From contig JBDTMN010000001.1 of NCBI GenBank assembly GCA_039934295.1, forward strand, positions 38,091-102,090: DNA of 64,000 bases, given 5' to 3'. The position numbers and the translations under genes were made by a program. The stretch's first letter is position 1. Each line of letters starts with the position of its first letter. Below are positions 1 to 9,153 of this stretch, piece after piece. The DNA is from Candidatus Tayloriibacteriota bacterium. GTDB taxonomy: Bacteria > Patescibacteriota > Minisyncoccia > Phycocordibacterales > HO2-43-120. The notes beneath the pieces were generated by a model that was not told the origin of the DNA, did no database searches, and saw nothing but the letters and a program-made list of their open reading frames with translations.

Positions 1-464
1 CGGATGGCTCGGTAGATACAATCACGATTATTTTGGCAATTCAAAATATTGAAAATGCGCAGGGCGTTTTTGACGAGTGCGGAAGGGTGTTAAAAAAGGG
101 CGGCAAAATTTTTCTTGTTTTGAACCACCCCGCTTTCCGGATTCCCAAAAAATCGAGCTGGGGGTATGAAGAAGAGGTGAAAGTGCAATATCGGAGAGTG
201 GATGCTTATCTGTCGGAAGTGAAAGCGCAGATGGACATGGAGCCCGGCAAAAAAAACGGCAAAAAGACAGTCTCATTTCATCGCCCTTTACAAACCTATT
301 TCAAATTATTGACGAAAGCCGGATTTGTCGTCTCCCGGCTTGAAGAATGGACGGGGAATGCGAAGAGCGAGCCCGGGGCGCGAATGGAAGCCGAGAACCG
401 CGCGCGAAAAGAATTTCCCCTTTTTATGATGATTGAAGGAGTTAAATTAGGAGCTAATTTATAA
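1..464 (+). CDS. SAM-dependent methyltransferase, C-terminal part; 5' end lies outside the window
   Basis: The reading frame is open from the window edge (frame of ORF 33..464). The motif VLKKGGKIFL is typical of the class I methyltransferase post-motif region. Confidence 0.5.
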   Translation, partial: DGSVDTITIILAIQNIENAQGVFDECGRVLKKGGKIFLVLNHPAFRIPKKSSWGYEEEVKVQYRRVDAYLSEVKAQMDMEPGKKNGKKTVSFHRPLQTYFKLLTKAGFVVSRLEEWTGNAKSEPGARMEAENRARKEFPLFMMIEGVKLGANL

Positions 465-576
465 GCACGAAATTCGAAGCTCGAAATTCGAAAAAAATCT
501 AAATAAAAAAACGAATCATTTTCCCTATACATTTTGAATTTAGTTATTTTTCGAATTTCGGATTTCGTGCTTCGAA
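464..576. repeat. Intergenic inverted-repeat element, 'cgaaatt' family, copy a (MITE-like)
   Basis: Left arm is aagcacgaaattcgaagctcgaaattcgaa and right arm is ttcgaatttcggatttcgtgcttcgaattt. The two arms are near-perfect inverted copies separated by about 55 nt of AT-rich spacer. Confidence 0.6.
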
Positions 577-587
577 TTTACTTAGAT

Positions 588-1148
588 ATGTCAAAAAGAA
601 CCAAAATTATATTGATTGTGATCCTCATCCTCGTAATCGGAGGTGTTTTCATCTACAAAAACAACTCCAAAGTCGTTTTTCGTAGCTTTGAAGAGTGCGC
701 AAAAGCCGGAAATATTATTCTCGAGAGCTACCCCCGCATGTGCCGGGGAAGCGACGGCACGTTGTTCGTCGAGAAAGTGACTCCGATTCCGACGCCCATG
801 GGGGACAAATCAAATCTGATTCGTGTAAGCAATCCAAAAGTGGACGAAATTATTTCAAGCCCGTTTCTTATAGAAGGAGAGGCGAGAGGGAATTGGTTTT
901 TTGAAGGTAGTTTTAGCGGAGAGCTTCTGGATGAGGGCGGTAAACGTATTTCGACTTTTATAGCGGAAGCGCAAGGCGAATGGATGACCACGGAATTTGT
1001 GCCATTCAAGTCTACTTTAGAATTTAAGAATCCGTGGACGCAAAAGGGCACTCTCATCTTCCACAAAGACAATCCATCGGACAAAAGGGAATTGGATGAC
1101 GAGCTTCGAGTTCCAGTAAAATTTGCCACAACTTCTACCTCTCATTAA
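588..1148 (+). CDS. Membrane-anchored hypothetical protein with a possible Gmad2-like Ig domain
   Basis: ATG at 588 follows the repeat element. The N-terminal TM helix is ILIVILILVIGGVFIY. The motif ARGNWFFEGSF...GEWMTTEF resembles Gmad2-type domains. Confidence 0.4.
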   Translation: MSKRTKIILIVILILVIGGVFIYKNNSKVVFRSFEECAKAGNIILESYPRMCRGSDGTLFVEKVTPIPTPMGDKSNLIRVSNPKVDEIISSPFLIEGEARGNWFFEGSFSGELLDEGGKRISTFIAEAQGEWMTTEFVPFKSTLEFKNPWTQKGTLIFHKDNPSDKRELDDELRVPVKFATTSTSH

Positions 1149-1177
1149 ATTTTTCAACTGCAGATTTACAATCTCAA

Positions 1178-1249
1178 GCTCCCATAGTTTAATGGATCGA
1201 ATGCGAGCCTCCGAAGTTCGCGATCCAGGTTCGATTCCTGGTGGGAGCA
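1178..1249 (+). tRNA. tRNA-Arg(CCG)
   Basis: Cloverleaf folds with acceptor stem gctccca/tgggagc, anticodon stem cgagc/gttcg, anticodon loop ctCCGaa and T-arm ccaggttcgattcctgg. Discriminator is A. Length is 72 nt. Confidence 0.8.
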
Positions 1250-1558
1250 TAAATTTTACGCAGTAAATTTATGCTCCCAAGCAAGGTAACTACTTACCTT
1301 GCGTCCAGGAATCGAAGCCCGATTGAGCATTTTTTGGAATTTCTGAATGAACAAAAAATCCAATCGGGGTACTGAAGCTGTAAGCTTCGATTCCTGGTGG
1401 GAGCATAAATTTTACGCAGTAAATTTATGCTCCCAAGCAAGGTAACTACTTACCTTGCGTCCAGGAATCGAAGCCCGATTGAGCATTTTTTGGAATTTCT
1501 GAATGAACAAAAAATCCAATCGGGGTACTGAAGCTGTAAGCTTCGATTCCTGGTGGAG
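1249..1558 (+). repeat. Two tandem 156-bp units, each ending in a copy of the 3' 22 nt of the adjacent tRNA-Arg
   Basis: The unit at 1249-1404 repeats at 1405-1558 with near-perfect identity (one G deletion near 1556). Each unit ends with gcttcgattcctggtgggagc and contains gctccca plus a 9-bp hairpin plus the reverse complement of the T-arm. Confidence 0.8.
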
Positions 1559-1625
1559 CCAAGCTACTTTGCTTGCGTCCAGGAATCGAAAGAATTGAAT
1601 ATGTCCCTATGTTATACTAAATATA

Positions 1626-2498
1626 ATGAAGAAAGCTATAAAGAAAAAAAAGATTATCTACATCTCTGTCGCAATTGTTGCTGTCGTCATTTTATTTTTC
1701 CCCATTGGCGAGTCGTTTCTGGGGACGAGAGTGAGCAATGTCGAGAAAATAACGGGGGATTTTTTGGACTCTATCATTCCGGAGAAGATTGCCAACCCCG
1801 CTCCTTTGAAATTTTTTGGGGGGTCATTTGATTCCAAACTTTCGAGGGACGGCGTTCTTTTATACACCAACAATGAAAGAGTGGCTGGCGGAATTTTACC
1901 GCTTAAAATCAATACTAAACTCAATAGTGCCGCAGAGAAAAAACTTGACGAAATGTTTGCCGAGCAGTTTTTCGCTCACATTTCACCGGAGGGAATCGGC
2001 GCGCCGGAGTTGGCGAAAAGCGCCGGCTATGACTATATTGCAATCGGAGAGAATCTCGCCCTCGGGAATTTCGCTAACGATAGCGCGCTTGTGGCGGCAT
2101 GGATGGCAAGCCCCGGGCACAGAGCAAATATCCTCACAAAACGCTTTGAGGACATAGGCATTGCGGTCAGAAAAGGCACATTCGAGGGAAAAACTGCCTG
2201 GCTTGCCGTGCAGACTTTCGGAGTTCCGGCTTCTTCTTGCATATCCATCGATACGAGCCTAAAGCGGAAAATTGAAGATAATAAGGCCCGTCTTACTGTT
2301 CTTGAGCAAGATTTGGAAGCGAAAAAAAATGCGCTCGATGTCTCCGAGCCAAAATCGGGAAAAGAGTATAACGCAAAAGTTACGGGGTACAATGCCGTCG
2401 TGAATGAATACAATACGCTAGTGAAAAACACGCAGACCCTTATTGCATCCTACAATGCCGAAGTCAGGGAATATAATAAATGCGCGGAAGGAGTCTGA
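1626..2498 (+). CDS. CAP/SCP (PR-1-like, YkwD-type) domain protein with N-terminal membrane anchor and C-terminal coiled coil
   Basis: The motif AAWMASPGHRANIL...FEDIGIAV matches the CAP signature. An N-terminal TM helix is present. Confidence 0.55.
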   Translation: MKKAIKKKKIIYISVAIVAVVILFFPIGESFLGTRVSNVEKITGDFLDSIIPEKIANPAPLKFFGGSFDSKLSRDGVLLYTNNERVAGGILPLKINTKLNSAAEKKLDEMFAEQFFAHISPEGIGAPELAKSAGYDYIAIGENLALGNFANDSALVAAWMASPGHRANILTKRFEDIGIAVRKGTFEGKTAWLAVQTFGVPASSCISIDTSLKRKIEDNKARLTVLEQDLEAKKNALDVSEPKSGKEYNAKVTGYNAVVNEYNTLVKNTQTLIASYNAEVREYNKCAEGV

Positions 2499-2508
2499 AG
2501 AAGGTTGC

Positions 2509-2584
2509 AGGTGTAAGGTGTTAGGTGTAAGTCAATGAAGAAAAATCTCAAAATTTCTTACTATTTCTTACACCTAACACCTAA
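2509..2584. terminator. Long hairpin between convergent genes, candidate bidirectional terminator
   Basis: The arm aggtgtaaggtgttaggtgtaag pairs with cttacacctaacacctaa. It lies between the 1626..2498 gene on + and the 2606..3784 gene on -. Confidence 0.45.
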
Positions 2585-2605
2585 AAGCTAACACCTCGGC
2601 TCCGA

Positions 2606-3784
2606 TTATCTTGTGTCTTTCATCGTAAGTGAAAATCGAAGACCATACAGCATTAGGATTCCTAAAAAAATGAAAAGGAATTTAATGTCAAAAAAAGCCA
2701 GAACTATTGTTGCGAGAATGGGACTTCCAAGATAAGCAATCGGGCGCATAGTTCTAAAGAAGCTCAAGGTATTCAAAGATGTGTCTGGCACTTTCTTGAA
2801 GAAATATATTTCGCTCATGACCTCTACCATGGCGGCGCCGATTCTAGTTCCAAGAAGAAGGCAAGTCCAAAGCAGAAAATTGTGCCCGGGAATAAAAATG
2901 ATAAGAGTGGTTGATATGGCCATGATGATAAATCCGATAGTGAGCATTTCCTTTTCCCCAAACCGAGTGTCTGCAAGTCTTCCCAAAGGCCAGTCAAGAA
3001 TGGGAAAAGCTAGGAGCATAATGGCAAACATGAGACTGATTTCGCTCCACGTAAAACCCACATTTTCGTAAAGATAGAGAGGAGTGTAAATCACCATCCA
3101 CGCGTAAAAAAATTGAAGCAAAAAATTCATGAGAAATACGTCAAGCACATTTTTGTTTTTCCACACTTCGGCCGAAGTTCTAAGTAAGGAGGAAGTATGA
3201 TACTGCGGGTCCTTGAATTTGCGAAACTGGCTTCCGAGAAGCCCAATAACGGGCAGTGCTAAAATAGCACTCGCAAGATATATTTTGGAATAATTGCCTG
3301 CGGCTAGTATGAAGCTCGCAAAAAGAGCGGAGATAACCCACGCGCTATTTGTGAAGGTAAGAAAGGTCCCTCTTACTTTTCCCGTTGAACGGACTGGGGA
3401 GAATTCTTCGAGAAAAATATCGATATTGAAGCTTACGAGCGAGATGATGACGAAATTTATAATGAAAGCGCCTTCGACAATATAGGGGTTATGACTCGTG
3501 GCAAGAATAACCAGCGAAATTGCCCCGACGACTGCGAGCGTAGTTGCTGTTTTGTAGTTTCCGAACTTCGAGAGTACTCTCGGAATCATTGAGAATGAGA
3601 CGATTGTTAACAGCGAAGAGAGAGCATACAGAAGTCCCACATAGCGCTCGGTGACAAAGCCCGAGAGAAATGTCGAATTTATGTACGCGGGAAGAGCGAT
3701 GTGGAGTGAAAAGAAAAAACCGATAAGATAGAGGGAGAAGAGGTTTCCGTTCAAGTTTTTTCTTAAAGAAAAGCGGAAAGACAT
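2606..3784 (-). CDS. MFS-type transporter
   Basis: 392 aa with about 12 predicted TM segments. Start codon is ATG at 3784. Confidence 0.5.
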   Translation of the reverse strand: MSFRFSLRKNLNGNLFSLYLIGFFFSLHIALPAYINSTFLSGFVTERYVGLLYALSSLLTIVSFSMIPRVLSKFGNYKTATTLAVVGAISLVILATSHNPYIVEGAFIINFVIISLVSFNIDIFLEEFSPVRSTGKVRGTFLTFTNSAWVISALFASFILAAGNYSKIYLASAILALPVIGLLGSQFRKFKDPQYHTSSLLRTSAEVWKNKNVLDVFLMNFLLQFFYAWMVIYTPLYLYENVGFTWSEISLMFAIMLLAFPILDWPLGRLADTRFGEKEMLTIGFIIMAISTTLIIFIPGHNFLLWTCLLLGTRIGAAMVEVMSEIYFFKKVPDTSLNTLSFFRTMRPIAYLGSPILATIVLAFFDIKFLFIFLGILMLYGLRFSLTMKDTR

Positions 3785-3798
3785 AAATTTGGACTTTA

Positions 3799-3930
3799 AA
3801 AAGCACGAAATCCGAAATTCGAAACTAGAAAAATATCTAAATTAGAAATTTTAAGCATGCTTTGATTCTACGTTTATTCTTTTTAAATGTTTTGGATTTT
3901 TTCGGATTTCGTGCTTCGGATTTCGGATTT
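3799..3930. repeat. Inverted-repeat element, 'cgaaatt' family, copy b
   Basis: The arm aaagcacgaaatccgaaattcgaaa pairs with ttttttcggatttcgtgcttcggatttcggatttc. The internal motif tctaaattagaaat is shared with the other copies. Confidence 0.6.
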
Positions 3931-3958
3931 CATTTTTGGTAATTAGAAATTTTCAGGG

Positions 3959-5884
3959 TTATATTCCTAGAAGTACCGGTATCACAATCGGTCGTTTGGC
4001 TGTCTTTTGAAAAAGATACTTTGAAACCTCATCCGTGACATTTCCTTTTACGTAGTCGAAATTGATCGGGTTCATCCCTTTTGTCGACTGCTCAATCGTG
4101 TCTCTTATGATAAAGCGGGTCTGGCGCAGAAGTTCTTGGGATTCCCGAAGATAAACGAATCCGCGAGAAATCAGGTCCGGGGATTTGCGAAGTTTTCCCG
4201 TTGAAACATCAATCGTGGCGACGATCACGAACATTCCGTCCTGTGCAAGCATCTGCCGGTCTCGTATGACAACTTCTTGAATATCGCCAATCGCAAATCC
4301 GTCCACCATAACTATGCCTGAAGGCGCCTTTTCGGGCAGTCTCACCAATTTTTCGCCCTTATCGCGAATTTCCACAATCGTTCCATTGTCCGGCACAACG
4401 ATATTCTCCTCTTTCATTCCGAGATTCATCGCGAGCTCGGCGTGGAGCCGAAGCATGTAATGGTTGCCGTGGATCGGCATAAAGAATTTTGGCTTTATTT
4501 TTTTGTGGAGCCATTCAATTTCTCCACGATTGCCGTGTCCTGTGGAATGGATGAATACGTCTGATGTTCTGTAGTGGATTATTTTCGCACCCTGTCTCGC
4601 GATGTTGTCTTTGAGCTTCTGAACTGTTTTCTCGTTGCCCGGAATGATGGAAGAAGAAAGAAGAACGGTGTCTCTTTTGTTGAAACGGATGTGCTTGTGG
4701 CCTTGGGTAGACATTCGCATCAAAGCCGCAAATTCTTCTCCCTGAGCGCCGGTGGCAAGCACGATAATCCTGTCCGGAGGATAGTTCTCGATATTTTCGG
4801 AGGATATGAGGGTGTCTTTTTTTGCGTGGAGGATGCCGGCCTGGGTCGCAATCTCGATGTTGGTCTTCATGCTTCGGCCTTCCACTACGATTTTTTTATT
4901 GTAACGCTCCGCTATCTCGATGATTTTAATCATTCGCTCGAGTTGAGAAGCGAAGGTGCCGATAATGAGGCGTCCTTTTATATTTTTTATGATTTCTTCG
5001 AGATTTTTGTGAACCAATTTTTCGGGCGTTGAAAATCCCGGATTCTCGATATTCGTGGAGTCGGTCATGAATAAAAGCGTTTTTTCTTTTTCAAAGATTT
5101 TGTATTCTTCCTCTTCTTGGTCGGTCGGCACTCCGTTTACGTGATCCAGTTTGAAATCGCCCGGGTTCACGATAGAGCCGTATGGAGTTTCAATAATGAT
5201 ACCCATTGAGTCGGGAATCGTGTGGGTTACTGCAAAGAATCGGACGAGCATGCCTCCTATACGCACCCGATCTTCTTTCTCCACGATCTGAATGTTTAGG
5301 GGTGGCAAGTGCGGGAATTCTTGCTGTCTCTTTTGAATCATGATGGCGGTCAGGTTGCGGGTGTAGAGGGGGGGATTGCCGATTCTGTCCATGATGTAGG
5401 GGATGCCTCCGACGTGGTCGAGGTGTCCGTGAGTGATGACAAGAGCGCGGATTTTATGCTTCCGCTCTTCCAGATATCTCGTATTGGGGAGAATGTAGTC
5501 AATTCCCGGCGTCGCCTCTTCTTTAAATTGGAAGCCGGCGTCTAGGATGATGATGTCGTCTTTGTACTCGACGATTGTCATGTTTTTTCCCACTTCTTCC
5601 ACTCCGCCTAAGGGAATGATGCGTATGACGTCGTTACCTATTGGGGGAATGAGGTCATCCGCCTTGGGCCGAATCAGAGGTCTTGTACGGTGAAATCTTT
5701 TGTCCGCCGACATTCGGGACTTTTTTGGGGCATGCGTTTCCGAATGCGAGCCGAACAGCGGGTTTCTTTTGGGAGGACCCGCGGGATGCGGGCGTCTTAC
5801 CCCTCTTCCACGTTGAGCTCCTTCCGCGAATCCTCCTCTCCTAGCCTCTCCTGGTCTTTCGTTTCGTTGAATATTTTTTTCCAT
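3959..5884 (-). CDS. rnj: Ribonuclease J (beta-CASP metallo-beta-lactamase)
   Basis: The motif HGHLDHVGG (HxHxDH) is present and the core LGGVEEVGKNMTIVEY is conserved. There is an Arg-rich N-terminal extension of about 60 aa. The start is set at ATG 5884 (MEKN) because the listed TTG start at 5923 lies inside repeat copy c. Confidence 0.8.
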   Translation of the reverse strand: MEKNIQRNERPGEARRGGFAEGAQRGRGVRRPHPAGPPKRNPLFGSHSETHAPKKSRMSADKRFHRTRPLIRPKADDLIPPIGNDVIRIIPLGGVEEVGKNMTIVEYKDDIIILDAGFQFKEEATPGIDYILPNTRYLEERKHKIRALVITHGHLDHVGGIPYIMDRIGNPPLYTRNLTAIMIQKRQQEFPHLPPLNIQIVEKEDRVRIGGMLVRFFAVTHTIPDSMGIIIETPYGSIVNPGDFKLDHVNGVPTDQEEEEYKIFEKEKTLLFMTDSTNIENPGFSTPEKLVHKNLEEIIKNIKGRLIIGTFASQLERMIKIIEIAERYNKKIVVEGRSMKTNIEIATQAGILHAKKDTLISSENIENYPPDRIIVLATGAQGEEFAALMRMSTQGHKHIRFNKRDTVLLSSSIIPGNEKTVQKLKDNIARQGAKIIHYRTSDVFIHSTGHGNRGEIEWLHKKIKPKFFMPIHGNHYMLRLHAELAMNLGMKEENIVVPDNGTIVEIRDKGEKLVRLPEKAPSGIVMVDGFAIGDIQEVVIRDRQMLAQDGMFVIVATIDVSTGKLRKSPDLISRGFVYLRESQELLRQTRFIIRDTIEQSTKGMNPINFDYVKGNVTDEVSKYLFQKTAKRPIVIPVLLGI

Positions 5885-5894
5885 ATAGTTAGTA

Positions 5895-5987
5895 AAATTC
5901 GAAATCCGAAAAAACAAAGTCAAAAAAAAAGTAAAGTTTTGAATTTAGAATTTCTCGTTTTTTTCGAATTTCGTGTTTCGTGCTTGC
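5895..5987. repeat. Inverted-repeat element, 'cgaaatt' family, copy c (partial left arm)
   Basis: The arm aaattcgaaatccgaaaaaac pairs with ttttcgaatttcgtgtttcgtgcttgc. The internal motif ttgaatttagaattt is present. Confidence 0.5.
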
Positions 5988-6018
5988 TTTGTTATTAATT
6001 AGTAGTTTTTTAGTGATT

Positions 6019-7758
6019 TTATCGAGCGAAAACTTTCCACACTTTATCTTCATTTATATACCATTCGTACACGTTCACAAATCTCTCCTCCGGCCTTACG
6101 ATTTCCTTCATCTTGAAATTTTTTACCCTTTTGGGAAGGATGTAAATATATTCGGGCGAATACAGAAACAATGCGGGGAGGTCCTTGCTGATTTCCTGTT
6201 GCACGACGTTGAGTTCAGCGAGTCTCCCAGTGCGGTCCAAAGTGGTGCGAGCCTCGGAGAGAGCCTTGTCGACTTTGCTGTTCGCGTAAAGAGCGATATT
6301 CAACCCAGGGTCGTTTCTCTCTGCCGAATGCCAGAAAGGATAAAGGTCCAAATCCCTCCCGACGATTTCTCCGAAAAGAAGCGCCTCATATTTTCTCGGT
6401 CTCAAAATGGTCTGATTGAAATCTCCCTGGTCAAAGACCTTGACGGTCACCTCTACGCCAATTTTTCTCCATTGCTCCTTGACCAGTTCTGCGGTTTGCG
6501 CAAGTTCGGGAGTGTTTGCGGTGGATATGCTGAACGCAAGTGGGGTGGAAGCTCCATCTTTGTCCTTCTTTTCTAAAATACCGCTTGCGTTTTTACTCCA
6601 CCCCGCGATGGTGAGAATTTTATTCGCTTTTTCAGTTCTCGACTCAATATCATCTTTCGTCTGGGGCAAAATTTGAGAATCCGGAATAAGTCCCGGGGGA
6701 ATAGGTCCCTCTATGGCGTCTCCAAATCCATGAAGTACTTTCGCTACGATTTCATCTCTATCAAGCGCAAGGTTGAGCGCCTCCCGAACTTTGATGTCCG
6801 CTAAAATTTCCGACTGATTCTGGTTGAAAAAAATTCCGAATACGCGGGGCAGGGGAGATTTGTGAATCTCCGCGTCTTTTGACACTATGAGCGAGGCATT
6901 CTCGCCGGAGATGGCATTTGCGGTATCGATTTCTCCTCTTTTGTAAGCTACCAGGAGATCGGCTTCTGTCGTGTAAAATTTGAGAATGATATTTTTTATT
7001 AGGGGTTCTCCGAGCGCATACTTGTCGAATGCTTCCAGTTTGTAATAAAGGGGAATACCTTCTTCATTTCTTTTCAGACTTTTCACTTTGTAGGGCCCAG
7101 AACCCACCGGCTCGGTATTAAACTGGCTGAAAGTAAACTGGTCTAGGTCGGCGTTTTTCCAGATATGTTCCGGCAAGATTCCCAACGTCATATTTTCAAG
7201 AAACGGGGTGTAGGGATTTTTCAAAGTGAATTTGATTGTTTTTTTGTCCACTTTTTCTATGGTGACGCCTTCCCATTTCACCCTCTCGGCGCTTTTTAAG
7301 GCCGGGTCAACTGCTTTTTTAATGGTGAACTCGATGTCATCCGTCGTCACCGGCTTCCCGTCATGGAAAAAGATATTGTCTTTGAGCACAAAGGTATACG
7401 TAAGTCCATTTTCTGAAATCGTATATTCTTTTGCCAGGTCGTTTATAAGCGTGCCATCGGGAGCGGCTTTCAAAAGGCCGGAGTAAATCAAGGCTCCCAT
7501 GTCTTCACCTGCATTTGTATACGAGAGAAGGGGATTCACAAGACGGGGAAAACCCACTACCCCTTCGACGAGCGTGCCTCCTCTTGCGGGAACAGTAACA
7601 ACGAAATTTTCATTTACCTGCCAAAGAAGGGCAAGCGCGCTTAACGTAAGGGTGATTGAGGCAAGCGCGAAAATGACCTTCTCGGTAATTGAGAAAGACT
7701 TTAGTATTGTCTTGCTTAGAGATAGTGAATTTGATTCGGATTCGATTGGAGGAGGCAT
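6019..7758 (-). CDS. ABC transporter solute-binding protein, family 5 (peptide/nickel type); orphan, with no adjacent permease
   Basis: 579 aa with N-terminal signal anchor and SBP_bac_5-like length and composition. No permease or ATPase gene is nearby. Confidence 0.6.
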   Translation of the reverse strand: MPPPIESESNSLSLSKTILKSFSITEKVIFALASITLTLSALALLWQVNENFVVTVPARGGTLVEGVVGFPRLVNPLLSYTNAGEDMGALIYSGLLKAAPDGTLINDLAKEYTISENGLTYTFVLKDNIFFHDGKPVTTDDIEFTIKKAVDPALKSAERVKWEGVTIEKVDKKTIKFTLKNPYTPFLENMTLGILPEHIWKNADLDQFTFSQFNTEPVGSGPYKVKSLKRNEEGIPLYYKLEAFDKYALGEPLIKNIILKFYTTEADLLVAYKRGEIDTANAISGENASLIVSKDAEIHKSPLPRVFGIFFNQNQSEILADIKVREALNLALDRDEIVAKVLHGFGDAIEGPIPPGLIPDSQILPQTKDDIESRTEKANKILTIAGWSKNASGILEKKDKDGASTPLAFSISTANTPELAQTAELVKEQWRKIGVEVTVKVFDQGDFNQTILRPRKYEALLFGEIVGRDLDLYPFWHSAERNDPGLNIALYANSKVDKALSEARTTLDRTGRLAELNVVQQEISKDLPALFLYSPEYIYILPKRVKNFKMKEIVRPEERFVNVYEWYINEDKVWKVFAR

Positions 7759-8015
7759 TGAAGATAGTTATAAAGTGTAAAGAAGAAAGAGAAAAGCCAA
7801 AAAAAGATGCGAAAGATGCGGAGAGAATTGTATTTTTGATAGAACCTGAGTAGTTGGATGAAGTTCAAGGAGCCAGCGAGTAATGCGACCAAGCTGTAGT
7901 GCGATCTACTGCGCGGGAGTATACGGAGTCCGCCCGGATGCCAGCCCGACAGAGTCATTCTGGCGGGAATCCGTTCGGACGGGCTGGCGACGAAGAAATT
8001 CGCCAACTACGCAGG

Positions 8016-8246
8016 TTATATGAGCAAAGCTACAAAGGCGCTCACTGCAAAAAGAATACCAATAATGATTGTTCCATTGAAAAGAGTTTTTTCAAATCCG
8101 CGCTTGGTATGGAATCCGCTCATATTGTTTGCTTCTCCGAAAGCGCCACCGAGACCGGAACTCGATTGCTGGAGGAGAACGCCCACGACGAGAAGCACAG
8201 ACAAAGCGATTTGTATGTATGGAAGAATTGCCGAGAGGGTATTCAT
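8016..8246 (-). CDS. secG: Preprotein translocase subunit SecG
   Basis: The motif LLQQSSSGLGGAFG and two TM helices match SecG. The ATG at 8246 (MNTLSAIL...) gives 76 aa. The listed GTG start at 8264 is less likely. Confidence 0.75.
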   Translation of the reverse strand: MNTLSAILPYIQIALSVLLVVGVLLQQSSSGLGGAFGEANNMSGFHTKRGFEKTLFNGTIIIGILFAVSAFVALLI

Positions 8247-8321
8247 TACCAAGAAGAATAGCACAGCCCGAGATTTGAAGCAAATCTCGGGCTGTGCTCG
8301 AATCCAGATTCATGATTCAAG

Positions 8322-8355
8322 AAAAAAACCGCCGGAGCTAGGGTGCTCGGGCGGT
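8322..8355 (-). terminator. Rho-independent terminator of gene 8361..8615
   Basis: On the minus strand the hairpin ccgcccgagcaccctagctccggcgg is followed by a T-run. Confidence 0.5.
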
Positions 8356-8360
8356 TGACA

Positions 8361-8615
8361 TCAATCGATCTCAATCTCGAAGAGTCTTCTGCGGATCACT
8401 GGAGGAATGACCGTACGAGGACGTAGTAGTTCTTGCAGATGATCCACCGTCCGGATTGCTTCAGGTTTTTTCCCAACCCAGAGAATCGGCTCATCTTCTG
8501 CACGTTCACCCTTTTCATCCACCCGATAAACTTGACCGAAGAAAGTTTGCATCGGAACATCCCATCCGACCAGGCATTCCACATCATCGGCAACGGAAAA
8601 TATTTCTTGCGACAT
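8361..8615 (-). CDS. Hypothetical protein (84 aa)
   Basis: ORF with a GAAGGGA RBS-like sequence upstream and its own terminator downstream. Confidence 0.35.
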   Translation of the reverse strand: MSQEIFSVADDVECLVGWDVPMQTFFGQVYRVDEKGERAEDEPILWVGKKPEAIRTVDHLQELLRPRTVIPPVIRRRLFEIEID

Positions 8616-8638
8616 ATTTGCTTTCCCTTCACTTTTGA

Positions 8639-8899
8639 TTAGGTCGCCAAGGTGGGGCGTACCAGAAATTCAGAATAAGTGATTGCAGCTGACCCGCATC
8701 GCTCCAAGAAGACGGTCTGAATGTCTGTCCGTTCCTTGCGATGAGTGAACGAGGTGAAGCTGATAACTCGCTTGCCACTTCCTCCACAATCCTTGCAGAT
8801 GATGCCAGAACCGGTCGGGAGAGCTGCCGAGCTCGAGTAAATACCAGTTCCTCCGCAATCTCTGCATTCCGCATTCACTGTTACTTTGTTGTCCGTCAT
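8639..8899 (-). CDS. Small zinc-ribbon protein with two CxxCGGxG motifs (DnaJ-type zinc finger-like)
   Basis: MTDNKVTVNAECRDCGGTGIY...CKDCGGSGKR. ATG at 8899 has a GGAGG motif 6 nt upstream. The longer listed ORF has no RBS. Confidence 0.5.
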   Translation of the reverse strand: MTDNKVTVNAECRDCGGTGIYSSSAALPTGSGIICKDCGGSGKRVISFTSFTHRKERTDIQTVFLERCGSAAITYSEFLVRPTLAT

Positions 8900-9017
8900 A
8901 ATTCCTCCGTTTCCATTAGTAAGCTGGTCTCTTTTGATTGAGCCAGGGTTGTTGGGCTGATGTTTTCGAACGAGCAAAACGAATTTTACGTTATCACGTG
9001 TGGTAGATTTTGTCAAG

Positions 9018-9045
9018 TTGAAGAAAGCCAAAAAATGCCTATAAT
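9018..9045 (+). promoter_or_regulatory. Candidate sigma70-like promoter of groESL
   Basis: TTGAAG, then a 16-nt spacer, then TATAAT. It lies about 100 nt upstream of groES and just upstream of the leader hairpin. Confidence 0.3.
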
Positions 9046-9064
9046 TAAGGCTATTAATCACGAA

Positions 9065-9141
9065 ACGTGTAGCATGTAACATGTATCGTAAAAACGAGGG
9101 ATAAAGATTCTTCCCTTTTTTTCAGACGTTACACGTTACAT
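9065..9141. promoter_or_regulatory. Long imperfect inverted repeat in the groES leader, 'gtaacgtgtaacg' family, copy e
   Basis: The arm acgtgtagcatgtaacatgtatcgt pairs with cagacgttacacgttacat. It sits where CIRCE would be expected, and no CIRCE consensus is present. Confidence 0.45.
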
Positions 9142-9153
9142 ATTTTTATTTCT

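Noticed and set aside
1017-1250. ORF on the minus strand (77 aa, GIEPGS...) overlapping tRNA-Arg
   Set aside because: It is a typical spurious translation of a tRNA gene and its tRNA-derived repeats.
1249-1558. Possible CRISPR array (tandem repeats)
   Set aside because: There are only two units of 156 bp with no unique spacers, the units are tRNA-derived, and there are no cas genes. The 11-bp array at 44428 likewise has no spacers.
5885-5923. Listed 5' extensions of rnj, def (to 59476), secG (to 8264), DUF2207 (13863), RR2 (23396), HExxH protein (30349), mltG (32562), A2M (33500) and the Sm-like gene (63690)
   Set aside because: These starts are TTG or GTG codons that run into intergenic repeat elements or terminators. 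Internal ATG or GTG codons with better context give N-termini matching family norms.
9000-9153. CIRCE/HrcA operator upstream of groES
   Set aside because: No TTAGCACTC-N9-GAGTGCTAA match was found. A different long inverted repeat occupies the position and is reported as a finding.
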